Positions 37,313-46,508 of a stretch of DNA of 64,000 bases are shown here, piece by piece. The translations under genes were made by a program, and so were the position numbers. The DNA is from Acidimicrobiales bacterium. GTDB taxonomy: Bacteria; Actinomycetota; Acidimicrobiia; Acidimicrobiales; Palsa-688. Numbering within the stretch: position 1 is the first letter of the stretch; each line of letters opens with the position of its first letter. The stretch covers positions 1 to 64,000 of the forward strand of contig DASZKW010000043.1 in the NCBI GenBank assembly GCA_035552775.1, read 5' to 3'. The notes under the pieces are model-generated. The model worked only from the letters and a program-made list of their open reading frames with translations. It ran no database searches and was not told where the DNA came from.

Positions 37313-38854
37313 ATGTACTCCTTCCTTAACCCGATCGCCAAGCCGATCGCCGCCGTTTTGGCCGCGTTCTACAGCCTGATCCCGAACTTCGGCGTCGACA
37401 TCTTGGTGCTGGCGCTGATCTGGATGGTGATCATCTCGCCGCTGACGCTCAAGTCGACGCGCTCGATGCTCGCCATGCAGGCCCTCCAGCCGGAGATCAA
37501 GCGCCTACAGGAAAAGCACCGCAACGACAGGCAGGCCTTCGCCCAGGCCCAGATGGACCTGTTCCGCGAGCGGGGAGTGAGCCCGTGGGGATCGTGCCTT
37601 CCTACCATCCTGCCCCTGCCCGTGTTCTTCGCCCTCTTCCAGGTGATCGACGGTCTCAGCCGGATGGTGAAGAACAGCGCAGGTCACCTGGTGTCAAGCC
37701 CGCGCTACCTCGACACTCACTCGGCGATATACCACGCCATCACCACGGCCAAGGGGCACATCAACGCCTTCGGCCTCGACCTTTCCAAGAACCCTCTGTC
37801 GCCGCACTCGTCGTTCGCCGGCGCCCTGCCGTACTACCTGCTTCTGCTGATCATGATCGGCACGCAGTACTACCAGACGTCGATGATGATGAACCGCAAC
37901 CCGGCGGCTGCGCAGAACCCGCAGATGAAGATGATGAAGTACCTGCCGATCGTCTTCGGCGTCATCCTCATCCGGTTCCCCGCCGGCGTCATCCTCTACT
38001 ACGCCATGTCGAACGTGTGCCGTATCGCCCAGCAGTGGGCCATGTACCGATACGACCCCAAGGTGAAGAGCCTGGTGGTGCAAGAGGTCAATGAGATAGA
38101 GGCCAAGACCCGCGAGATCGACAAGGCGGACAAGGCCAACAAGGACCCGTCCGGCAGGTCCCTTCCCTCCAAGGCAGCGCCGGCAAAGCCGCCGGCGGCC
38201 GGGCGTCCCCGGCTGCGTGACCTGCTCTCGCCGCCTGCGGCGCCCGACCAGGCCAGACCTTCCAACGCGACGGCGGGGCGCGACAGGGGCTCGAGGCCCA
38301 AGGGCGCCCCGCCGGCCGGTAGCAACAGGTCCGGCGGTCAGGGCACCATGGCCCCTGGTGCCAAGTCGGCCAAGGGCAATCCGGGAGCCACTCGAAAGGC
38401 GCCCGGAGACTCGAGCAACCGGACCGCCGGCAATGGCAACGGGTCAAACCGGGTCAAGCCGAATGGGAAGGGCTCGGACATATCCAAGAAAAGCTCAGGT
38501 GGCGCACCGGCCGGCGCCAGAGGCAACCCGGGGGCCGGGAGCGGCTCCGGAAGCGCCCGTGGCGCCGCCAAGGCAGGCCCCGGCAAGCCGGGCGCGCCCG
38601 GCACCGGCACGGGGTCTTCTGGCACGGGGTCTTCTGGCACGGGGTCTTCGGGCACCGTGTCTCCGAGCCCTGCGGCTCCTGGCGCGGCGTCGCCAGCCAC
38701 GACCCCCCCGAACACCACCTCCAACGGGTCCGGCTCCAACGGCTCGGGTGGAGGGCAACGAGCATCCACAGGCGCACCTCGTACCGGCGCCGGGGCCAAG
38801 CGCAACATTCCGCCCCCTCGCCGCGGCCGCTCGAAGAAACGTAGAGGCCGCTGA
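37313..38854 (+). CDS. yidC: membrane protein insertase YidC with about 250-aa Gly/Ser/Pro-rich basic C-terminal tail
   Basis: Five-TM 60-kDa-IMP core. The tail ends RRGRSKKRRGR. Contains 15-bp tandem repeats. Confidence 0.85.
   Translation: MYSFLNPIAKPIAAVLAAFYSLIPNFGVDILVLALIWMVIISPLTLKSTRSMLAMQALQPEIKRLQEKHRNDRQAFAQAQMDLFRERGVSPWGSCLPTILPLPVFFALFQVIDGLSRMVKNSAGHLVSSPRYLDTHSAIYHAITTAKGHINAFGLDLSKNPLSPHSSFAGALPYYLLLLIMIGTQYYQTSMMMNRNPAAAQNPQMKMMKYLPIVFGVILIRFPAGVILYYAMSNVCRIAQQWAMYRYDPKVKSLVVQEVNEIEAKTREIDKADKANKDPSGRSLPSKAAPAKPPAAGRPRLRDLLSPPAAPDQARPSNATAGRDRGSRPKGAPPAGSNRSGGQGTMAPGAKSAKGNPGATRKAPGDSSNRTAGNGNGSNRVKPNGKGSDISKKSSGGAPAGARGNPGAGSGSGSARGAAKAGPGKPGAPGTGTGSSGTGSSGTGSSGTVSPSPAAPGAASPATTPPNTTSNGSGSNGSGGGQRASTGAPRTGAGAKRNIPPPRRGRSKKRRGR
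38606..38655. repeat. 15-bp tandem repeat x3 (ggcacggggtcttct) in the yidC tail
   Basis: Seen directly. Encodes GTGSS repeats. Confidence 0.8.
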
Positions 38855-38857
38855 GCG

Positions 38858-39919
38858 ATGGAATGGGTCGAGACCACGGGTCGAACCATCGAAGAAGCCA
38901 AAGAAGCAGCTCTTGACGAACTGGGCGTCGATCAGCACGACGCCGAGTTCGAGGTGGTCACGGAAGCCCGGTTGGGTCTTTTCGGTCGCCTTCGTTCGGA
39001 AGCCCGGGTGCGGGCGCGCGTGCGCCCGACCGCCCCCCGCGCCAAAGATGACCGCCGTGACCGGCGGCGCCGCCGTAAGTCTGAACCCGAGAGTGATACC
39101 GTGGTCTCCGACGCTGGTGGCGCCGACGCGAGGACCGGGCTCGGTACCGGCGAAAAGGCACCCGCGGGCCCGAGCCGGCGGCCCAGGACCAGCGCTCCAC
39201 CGCGGCCCACAGGGGATGGTACGACGGGGCCCTCGGTTACGCCTTCGGCGGACGCCCTACCCTCGGCGGGGGACGCTGACAGACCCAAGTCCCCCGGGGT
39301 CAACGCCCGCTCGACGGATACCCAATCGGGCAATGGGCGGCGCGCCGGCAACGGCGATGGAGCGCGATCCCCGAGAAATGAACGCCCGGCGCGTCCTGGG
39401 CGGACCGCAGATTCATCCAAGCAATCGAGACCCGAGGAGGCAGGACCGGTGGAGGTGGCGCTTGAGGAGCAGGGCCAGGTGGCGCAGGACTTCCTGCGAG
39501 GGCTCATGGACGAGTTGGGTCTGGGCGCCGCGATCCGGGTCGCCCGACCGGACGAGGACACCCTGGAGCTGGGCTTGGAGGGTGACGACCTGGGCGTCCT
39601 CATTGGACAGAAGGGGGCCACGCTGTTCGCCCTCCAGGACCTGACCCGCACCGTGGTCCAACGGCGCACGGGCGCCTCCAACGGCCGTCTGCTGGTCGAC
39701 GTAGGCGGTTATCGCCAAAAGCGCCACCAGGCGTTGGCCCGCTTCGCCGAGCAGGTCGCGGAGCAGGTTCGGTCCTCCGGTTCGCGCAGGGCGATGGAGC
39801 CGATGAATGCCTCCGACCGCAAGGTCGTCCACGACACCATCAACCGCATCGATGGCGTCCAGACCACATCCGAGGGCGAGGATCCCCGGCGCTATGTGGT
39901 CGTTCTGCCCCTCGACTAA
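38858..39919 (+). CDS. Jag/KhpB RNA-binding protein (Jag-N, KH, R3H)
   Basis: N-terminal MEWVETTGRTIEEAKEAALDELG. C-terminal KH/R3H region (VHDTINRIDGVQTTSEGEDPRRYVVV). Confidence 0.8.
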   Translation: MEWVETTGRTIEEAKEAALDELGVDQHDAEFEVVTEARLGLFGRLRSEARVRARVRPTAPRAKDDRRDRRRRRKSEPESDTVVSDAGGADARTGLGTGEKAPAGPSRRPRTSAPPRPTGDGTTGPSVTPSADALPSAGDADRPKSPGVNARSTDTQSGNGRRAGNGDGARSPRNERPARPGRTADSSKQSRPEEAGPVEVALEEQGQVAQDFLRGLMDELGLGAAIRVARPDEDTLELGLEGDDLGVLIGQKGATLFALQDLTRTVVQRRTGASNGRLLVDVGGYRQKRHQALARFAEQVAEQVRSSGSRRAMEPMNASDRKVVHDTINRIDGVQTTSEGEDPRRYVVVLPLD

Positions 39920-39967
39920 CGCAGGCCCGGCGATCCGGCCGGTCGGCGACCCTCCCGTTCCGCCCCG

Positions 39968-40594
39968 TTGACCGAGGGCGAGCGCCGTCAGCTGGTCGAT
40001 GTGCTCGAGCAGGCGCGGGAGTGGGGCTTCGTGGGCCCGGGAGACCTCGATGCCCACGTCGAGCACAGCCTGGCCTTCTTGCCGTTGTGCGGTCCGGCCC
40101 AGGCTGGGACTGATCTGGCTGTTGACCTCGGAAGTGGGGGAGGGTTACCCGGCCTTGTCCTGGCCCTCGTCCAAGTCGACCGCCCCTGGTTGCTGTTGGA
40201 CGCCAACCGGCGCCGCACCGACTTCCTCATCACCGCCGTCCGCCAACTCGGAATCGGTGACCGCACAAAGGTGATATGCCAGCGTGCCGAAGTCGCAGGC
40301 CGGGGTCCCCTCCGAAACAGCGCCACGCTGGTGGTGGCCCGAGGTTTCGCCGCTCCTGGTCCCACCGCCGAGTGCGCCGCTCCCCTACTGGGGGTCGATG
40401 GCATGCTCGTCGTCGCCGAACCGCCCGGTGGGGCCCCCACTCGTTGGCCAGCAACCCAACTCGCCGATCTAGGGTTGGACTTCGACAGCATGACCACCGA
40501 GCCTGTCGCCCTCAGGCGCTTCCGCCAGGTGCGGCCCTGCCCGGATCGTTATCCACGCCGGGTGGGCATCCCGGGCAAGCGTCCCCTGTTCTGA
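39968..40594 (+). CDS. rsmG: 16S rRNA m7G527 methyltransferase RsmG
   Basis: LDLGSGGGLPGLVLAL motif. TTG start. Confidence 0.8.
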   Translation: MTEGERRQLVDVLEQAREWGFVGPGDLDAHVEHSLAFLPLCGPAQAGTDLAVDLGSGGGLPGLVLALVQVDRPWLLLDANRRRTDFLITAVRQLGIGDRTKVICQRAEVAGRGPLRNSATLVVARGFAAPGPTAECAAPLLGVDGMLVVAEPPGGAPTRWPATQLADLGLDFDSMTTEPVALRRFRQVRPCPDRYPRRVGIPGKRPLF

Positions 40595-40626
40595 TACTGG
40601 CCCCGTGGTTCCCCCTGGAAGGGTTG

Positions 40627-40642
40627 CGTTCCACGTGAAACC
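40627..40642. promoter_or_regulatory. parS: parS centromere-like site (cGTTCCACGTGAAACc, 1 mismatch to the TGTTTCACGTGAAACA consensus)
   Basis: Palindrome in the rsmG-parA intergenic region, where parS sites usually lie. Confidence 0.6.
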
Positions 40643-40734
40643 TTGGCTCTCGGCTGGATCTCTAGACTTGCCTCTCTGGGTCCCTAAAGCGAAATACTTG
40701 CTTCTGCTGGTGGCGCCGACGCACCATAGGGGGG

Positions 40735-42060
40735 ATGACAGAACCTGAGGAGTTGCGGGAGCGGGCCGCCTCCATATTTCAGCAGCTGCGAAATCAGCCC
40801 CATGTCGCTGACGACTACGAGCCCAGCACCGGAGAGGACGTCGCGTCCAGCACCGGAGAGGACGTCGCGTCCAGCGCTCTACCCGGCACCGCAGAAGACG
40901 GGGCCGAAGACACGGGCACGGACTCGGACCCCGCCGATCACGTCGACCTCACCCGCCCTTCTGCTCCCGAGAACGGCGATCCCGGCCTAAGCAACCCCGT
41001 TGTTACCGACTCCGCCGTCGCCCAGCCGTCGTCGGTCCTCCTAGGAATGACGACGGTGCCGGACCTTCCTGAAGCCCGGGTCACGAGCGATCCCGACGCG
41101 GGCGCAAAGGGTGGCACCGTACCGGCCGAGGTGACTCCCACCGTCCCACGCCGATCGGTGCAGGCTTCAGCTCTGGGCGAGGGTGGTGTCGGTTTTGCCC
41201 TCAGCGGGGCTGAGCTCTCTGCCCTCTCCCCGGAGCGTGAGCGCGAGTCGGGAACACGCCGGCATCCCGGGAGCGACCGACCCCTGCCCCGGGTCTTGGC
41301 CATCGCCAACCAGAAGGGTGGCGTGGGCAAGACCACCACGGCTGTGAACCTCGGAGCGACCCTGGCCGAGCTCGGCTACCGGGTCCTGGTCGTCGACCTT
41401 GATCCCCAAGGCAACGCCACCACCGGCCTCGGGGTGAACCCCCGCAACCTCGACGCCTCGGTGTACGACGTCATCCTCCACGAGACCCCGATCGAGGACT
41501 GCATCGAGCCGTCGAGCCTGCGGAACCTGTTCATCGTTCCCGCCACCATCGACCTGGCCGGTGCCGAGATCGAACTCGTTCCCGCTTTCAGCCGGGAACT
41601 ACGCCTCCGCAGGGCGATTGACAGTGTCAAGGACGACTTCGAGTTCATCCTCATCGACTGTCCCCCGTCCCTCGGTCTGCTCACCGTGAACGGCTTGGCC
41701 GCGGCCAGCGAGGTTGTCGTGCCCATCCAGTGCGAGTATTACGCCCTCGAAGGCCTGGGCCAGCTCCTACGCAACGTGAACCTGGTCAAGTCCAACCTCA
41801 ACCCCAACCTCGAGGTGACCACCATCATCCTCACCATGTTCGATGCCCGTACCAGGCTGGCCGAGCAGGTAGTGGACGAGGTGCGCTCTCATTTCGGTGA
41901 CCGAGTCTGTCGTCATATAGTCCCTCGCACGGTGCGATTGAGCGAGGCCCCCTCGTTCGGACAACCCATCATCGTCTTCGACTCCTCCTCACGGGGAGCG
42001 ATCGCTTATCGGGAGTTGGCCAAGGAGGTAAGTGGTGGCGCGCCGCAGCGGATTGGGTAA
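40735..42060 (+). CDS. parA: chromosome partitioning ATPase ParA with about 190-aa acidic N-terminal extension
   Basis: Deviant Walker A KGGVGKTT. Extension contains a 24-bp tandem duplication (STGEDVAS x2). Confidence 0.8.
   Translation: MTEPEELRERAASIFQQLRNQPHVADDYEPSTGEDVASSTGEDVASSALPGTAEDGAEDTGTDSDPADHVDLTRPSAPENGDPGLSNPVVTDSAVAQPSSVLLGMTTVPDLPEARVTSDPDAGAKGGTVPAEVTPTVPRRSVQASALGEGGVGFALSGAELSALSPERERESGTRRHPGSDRPLPRVLAIANQKGGVGKTTTAVNLGATLAELGYRVLVVDLDPQGNATTGLGVNPRNLDASVYDVILHETPIEDCIEPSSLRNLFIVPATIDLAGAEIELVPAFSRELRLRRAIDSVKDDFEFILIDCPPSLGLLTVNGLAAASEVVVPIQCEYYALEGLGQLLRNVNLVKSNLNPNLEVTTIILTMFDARTRLAEQVVDEVRSHFGDRVCRHIVPRTVRLSEAPSFGQPIIVFDSSSRGAIAYRELAKEVSGGAPQRIG
40824..40871. repeat. 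24-bp perfect tandem duplication in the parA N-terminal extension
   Basis: cagcaccggagaggacgtcgcgtc x2. Confidence 0.85.
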
Positions 42061-42943
42061 GGGCCTAGGGGCCCTTATCCCCAACGAAGTGGTGGGCGAT
42101 CGGTCGTCGGCCCTGCTCGACATACCGGTGGCGTCGATCAGGCCCAACCCCCACCAACCCCGGGCACACTTCGACGAGGAAACTCTGGCCTCCCTGGCCG
42201 CCTCGATTCGCGAGCTCGGCGTACTCCAGCCCATCCTCGTCCGGCAGGTCGCAGACAACGACTTCGAGTTGGTCGCCGGCGAACGTAGGTGGCGCGCGGC
42301 ACGACGCGCCGGGTTGCCCACCATCCCCGCCATCGTGCGCAACGTCACCGATATCGCCAGCGTGGAGCAGGCGCTGGTGGAAAACCTGCACCGCCAAGAC
42401 CTGAATCCCCTGGAAGAGGCCGCCGCCTACCAGCAGCTCATCGAGGATTTCGGTCTCACCCACGAGCAGCTGTCGGGTCGTGTCGGCAGAAGCCGGGTCA
42501 CCATCACCAACACCCTGCGGCTGTTCCAGCTACCACCCGCCGTCCAGAAGCTGGTGGCCGACGGGCAGCTGTCCGCCGGTCACGCCCGCGCTCTACTCGG
42601 TACCCCCGACCGCTCCTACCAGGAGGCTCTCGCCCGGCGGGCCGTCGGCGAGCAGCTCTCGGTGCGCTCGGTGGAGGACTCGGTACGTGATCGCAACGAG
42701 CTGGGGGGGGCGACGGGGGGTGTCGCCAAGCGCACGGATGCGCCGCGGCCTCCGGGGATCCTGGAGCTCGAGGAGATCCTGTCGGCCCGCCTCGACACCC
42801 GGGTCAGGGTCGACCTGCGCGCCCGGCGGGGCAAGGTGGTAATCGAATTTGCCACGCTGGAGGACCTGGAAAGGATCTACCGGGCGATGACCGAACCGCT
42901 TGACGGCCATCGGGTCAGTCCGCAAGCCTCGACCCACACCTGA
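42032..42943 (+). CDS. parB: chromosome partitioning protein ParB
   Basis: GLGKGLGALI N-terminus. ParB box LVENLHRQDLNPLEEA. HTH. Confidence 0.85.
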   Translation: MVARRSGLGKGLGALIPNEVVGDRSSALLDIPVASIRPNPHQPRAHFDEETLASLAASIRELGVLQPILVRQVADNDFELVAGERRWRAARRAGLPTIPAIVRNVTDIASVEQALVENLHRQDLNPLEEAAAYQQLIEDFGLTHEQLSGRVGRSRVTITNTLRLFQLPPAVQKLVADGQLSAGHARALLGTPDRSYQEALARRAVGEQLSVRSVEDSVRDRNELGGATGGVAKRTDAPRPPGILELEEILSARLDTRVRVDLRARRGKVVIEFATLEDLERIYRAMTEPLDGHRVSPQASTHT

Positions 42944-42963
42944 GAGTCTCCCCTCCTTCACCT

Positions 42964-42994
42964 CGTCCACAGGCTGTGCATCAATCTGTGGACG
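42964..42994. terminator. 9-bp perfect inverted repeat (cgtccacag-N13-ctgtggacg) between convergent parB and cwlM-like gene
   Basis: Seen directly. Each arm resembles a DnaA box (TCGTCCACA vs TTGTCCACA). Confidence 0.4.
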
Positions 42995-43038
42995 AAGTAT
43001 TCGGACGACTACGGGGTGGGACGCCTACGGGGGGACGC

Positions 43039-43920
43039 CTACTCGGGGAAGGGCCGCTCCACCCAGCGATCGAGGGCGGACAGGAGAGCATCGGCGATCT
43101 CAGCGGCGCGCATGACGGCGACCGACGCCGGACCGATCTCCACCAGGACCGCTGGCATCCGGGTTTCCCGCAGGATGGTGATGCGCATGCCCCGGCAACC
43201 GGTACCGGGGATACGGAGCCGTGCCGGTAGATCCTCGTGGACAAGACCGGCGAGGTGGCGCCCGGCTTCCGAACAGAAGCCGTTGTGGCCCAAGAAGTAA
43301 GCGGTGCGACATCCGTCCAGGTCCGGGTCGAGCCGCACCCCGAGGTATACGTCGACCTTGGCGGCGTTGGCCTGCGCCGCCTGGGCGGATTCGTCGAGGT
43401 CGTGCAGGCTCAGCACCTCGGCTCCTCCCCGGCGCAACGCCCGGCGGATGGCGTCGGCCAGCGCCGCCAGTCCTCCGGTCTCGCCGACCGCGATGCGCCA
43501 GCCCCGCAGGGTGCGGGGAGCGTCGCTCAGGCGTACCCGCTCCCGGATGCCCGCCACGAGCACCGTCCCGGTTATCTTCGCCGTGTAGCTACGCAACAGC
43601 TGCACGGTTCCCGGACCGCAGATCCCGTCTTCGGTCAGGCCCAGGTTGCGCTGGAACTCACAGACCGCGGCGTGCGTTTGGGGCCCGAAGATCCCGTCCA
43701 CCCGGCCGGCGTCGAAACCGAGGGCGCCCAGCTGGCGCTGCAGGGAGGCCACGTCGTCGCCCCGCAGCATCCCTCGCCGGTAGTACAAGAGCCGCTCGCC
43801 CAAGGTCCGCCCGGCCTCCACCAACGCGTTCCAGGTCTGATGGCCGCAGACGGCATCCACCCTCAGCCCGTGGCTGGCCTGGAACACACGGACAGCGGCG
43901 ACGGTGCCCGGACCGAACAA
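43039..43920 (-). CDS. CwlM-like protein: two peptidoglycan-binding domains plus degenerate amidase_3-like domain; 5' end unresolved
   Basis: PG_binding_1 repeats (GPGTVAAVRVFQASHGLRVDAVCGHQTWNAL; DGIFGPQTHAAVCEFQRNLGLTEDGICGPGTVQLL). The annotated TTG start truncates the first domain (see findings). Confidence 0.6.
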   Translation of the reverse strand: MFGPGTVAAVRVFQASHGLRVDAVCGHQTWNALVEAGRTLGERLLYYRRGMLRGDDVASLQRQLGALGFDAGRVDGIFGPQTHAAVCEFQRNLGLTEDGICGPGTVQLLRSYTAKITGTVLVAGIRERVRLSDAPRTLRGWRIAVGETGGLAALADAIRRALRRGGAEVLSLHDLDESAQAAQANAAKVDVYLGVRLDPDLDGCRTAYFLGHNGFCSEAGRHLAGLVHEDLPARLRIPGTGCRGMRITILRETRMPAVLVEIGPASVAVMRAAEIADALLSALDRWVERPFPE

Positions 43921-44174
43921 GCCCTCTGGGTCGGGCGCGGTGCTGATGCCGAGGGCCTGCAGACGCTGCTGCAGATCCGTGGCCGCCGCTCCGATGGTCC
44001 CTTCGACCAGAGGGAGCCCGCCCTCACCCCTCGCCGCAGTGCCCCCTACGGGAGTGCTGTGCGCCGGGTGGTACCGGTCCCCGGAAACAGGGCCGCCTAC
44101 AGGAAAAGAGCCCGCTGCCGGAGCAGAGGCCTCTGCCCCTACAGGAGCGGGGCCCTCTACCGGAACGGAGCCCT

Positions 44175-44501
44175 CTACAGGAATTGATTTAGCTCCTCGA
44201 GTAGCTGACCCTTGCCCTTGGCACCGACGAGACGGAGCCGCGGCTCACCGTCCTTGAACAGGATGAGGGTAGGGATGCTCATCACGTCGAAGCGTCGAGC
44301 CAACTCGAGGTTGTCGTCCACGTTGATCTTGGCGATGCGCAACCTTCCCTCCGTGTCGGATGCGATCTCGTCGAGCACGGGAGCGATCATCTTGCATGGC
44401 CCGCACCACTCGGCCCAGAAGTCGACGAGGACAGCTCCCTCAGCCCCTTTGATCTCCTCATCGAACGTTTGATCCGTGAGCGTCAATGCGCCTTCAGCCA
44501 C
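44175..44501 (-). CDS. trxC: thioredoxin
   Basis: WCGPC active site. GTG start giving about 108 aa. Confidence 0.85.
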   Translation of the reverse strand: MAEGALTLTDQTFDEEIKGAEGAVLVDFWAEWCGPCKMIAPVLDEIASDTEGRLRIAKINVDDNLELARRFDVMSIPTLILFKDGEPRLRLVGAKGKGQLLEELNQFL

Positions 44502-44616
44502 TGAACTCGACCTCCTGGAAGTATGCGGGACATCTGCCCCACGCGACTGCTGCAACGCCGGGCGGCAGGACCCACATTCCGGTCCTACCCAAGGCCGCCG
44601 TGCGACTTGTGTCCTC

Positions 44617-45618
44617 TCAGCCTGACCAATCCTCGGTCACGGCCACCTCGCCGGCGCCCGCGCCCTCCAACCACCGCTCGGCGTCGATGGCGGCCATGCA
44701 GCCCGATCCCGCAGCGGTGACGGCCTGGCGGTAGGTGTGGTCCTGCACGTCGCCGCACGCGAAGACTCCCTCGACGTTGGTGCGGGTGCCGTCGTGGGTG
44801 AGGAGATAGCCGGCGTCATCCATGTCCAGCTGACCTTGGAACAGGGCGGTGTTGGGCACGTGGCCGATGGCCACGAACACACCGGTGGCGTCCAGCGTGC
44901 TCTCCTCGCCGGTCACCACGTTTCGCAGGGCGACGCCCTCGACCATGTTGTCACCCAACACGTCGGTCACCACCGTGTCCCAGATGAAATCCACCTTGGG
45001 GTTGGCGAACGCTCGGTCCTGCATGATCTTGGACGCTCGCAACTCCTTGCGCCTGTGGATCACGGTCACCTGGTCGCCGAACTTGGCCAGGTGGTTGGCC
45101 TCCTCCAGGGCGGAGTCTCCGCCCCCCACCACGGCGATGTGGTGGCCGCGGAAGAAAAAACCGTCACACGTGGCGCACGTCGACACCCCGTGGCCGAGCA
45201 GACGCGATTCCGACTCCAACCCGAGCATGAGCGAGCGGGCGCCGGTGGACACGATGATCGAGCGAGCAGTGAACTCGATCTCCGCTCCCGTCGAAGGGTC
45301 GGTGGCCCACACCCGGCGGGGACGCCCCGAGAAGTCAACCCGAACAACTTTCGAGGTCACGAACTCGGCCCCGAAACGCTCGGCCTGGGCACGCATGGTG
45401 ATCATGAGTTCGGGCCCCATGACGGCGTCCGCGAAGCCGGGATAGTTCTCCACTTCGGTGGTGAGCATCAGTTGGCCACCGGGTTGGTCGCTCGTGGACG
45501 ACGGCTGTCCCTCGATCACCAAGGGGTGCAAGTTGGCCCGGGCCGTGTAGATGGCCGCCGTGAGACCCGCGGGGCCCGAACCGACGATGATCACGTTGCG
45601 CATCGCGCTATCCGACAT
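44617..45618 (-). CDS. trxB: thioredoxin-disulfide reductase
   Basis: GSGPAG FAD motif. CATC redox-active site. GGGDSA NADPH motif. Confidence 0.9.
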   Translation of the reverse strand: MSDSAMRNVIIVGSGPAGLTAAIYTARANLHPLVIEGQPSSTSDQPGGQLMLTTEVENYPGFADAVMGPELMITMRAQAERFGAEFVTSKVVRVDFSGRPRRVWATDPSTGAEIEFTARSIIVSTGARSLMLGLESESRLLGHGVSTCATCDGFFFRGHHIAVVGGGDSALEEANHLAKFGDQVTVIHRRKELRASKIMQDRAFANPKVDFIWDTVVTDVLGDNMVEGVALRNVVTGEESTLDATGVFVAIGHVPNTALFQGQLDMDDAGYLLTHDGTRTNVEGVFACGDVQDHTYRQAVTAAGSGCMAAIDAERWLEGAGAGEVAVTEDWSG

Positions 45619-45642
45619 TTCCTACCTCGTCTCTTGGACCGC

Positions 45643-46026
45643 TCAGTCATCCCGAGCGGCCCGCTTCCGCCAGAAGAACGCCCCCGCGAGCATGAATATT
45701 GCACCTAGCACGGCATACGACGTCCACACCCGCCGGCCTTCGGGATGAAACGGCAGGTAGACGTGCAGGCGGACGACGGCTATGACCACGAGAATCAAAG
45801 CGGTGGTTCCCGCCGCCGCTGCCACCAGGCCGAACACGACGCCTCTAGCCACCTTGGTGACCGGCACCGTCGTCTTGTCCCGTACCGTCTCCACCACGAA
45901 TTCGATGTGATCCGCCACGCTGAGCGTCCAATCCGAACCGGTGGGGGCCGGCGCCGGCCGGGGGCGGTCCGCGGACACAGGCGTCGTCGTCGACCGGGTG
46001 GGATCTGACGGGGCGGTATCTGACAT
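45643..46026 (-). CDS. hypothetical two-TM membrane protein
   Basis: 127-aa ORF. Hydrophobic segments VVFGLVAAAAGTTALILVVIAVV and AVLGAIFMLAGAFFW. Codon bias is coding-like. Confidence 0.4.
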   Translation of the reverse strand: MSDTAPSDPTRSTTTPVSADRPRPAPAPTGSDWTLSVADHIEFVVETVRDKTTVPVTKVARGVVFGLVAAAAGTTALILVVIAVVRLHVYLPFHPEGRRVWTSYAVLGAIFMLAGAFFWRKRAARDD

Positions 46027-46130
46027 GGGCGTCTCCTACCCTGGCTCACCTGCGACGACTCTGCTCAGCCTGCAAGCACGCTGGTCACCCGATGCGACGG
46101 TGACATGACGGGTCGGTAAGGTCACCAGCC

Positions 46131-46508
46131 GTGCGGACTGTACTCGCCGTCGCGGTCGGTGCCGCCCTGGCGGCCGTCGCGGCGGTGATCCTCGGAGAGT
46201 ACAACTTCAGCGGGGCCGTGCCGTGGGTGGCCGGTGTGGCGGTACCCGCGGTCATGGGAGAGGCGGTGGTCCTGATAAACGGGCGGGGCGAACCCGAGCT
46301 GTGGCTGGCGGTGGCAGCGCTCTCCGCCGGGGGTCTGGCTTGGGGGGCGTGGCTGTCGGAGGGCAGCGGCCTGAGCCCCCTGCCCCTGGACGGCTGGGTG
46401 GCCATCGCGCTGGGAGCGCTGGTCCCCATCGTGTTCGCCCTCGGCGGCCGCCGTCAGGGGAAAAGAACACCCACCAAAGCCGACGAAGCTCACTCAGGTC
46501 ACCTGTAA
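46131..46508 (+). CDS. hypothetical membrane protein
   Basis: 125-aa Ala/Leu-rich ORF with three hydrophobic segments. Weak evidence. Confidence 0.3.
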   Translation: MRTVLAVAVGAALAAVAAVILGEYNFSGAVPWVAGVAVPAVMGEAVVLINGRGEPELWLAVAALSAGGLAWGAWLSEGSGLSPLPLDGWVAIALGALVPIVFALGGRRQGKRTPTKADEAHSGHL

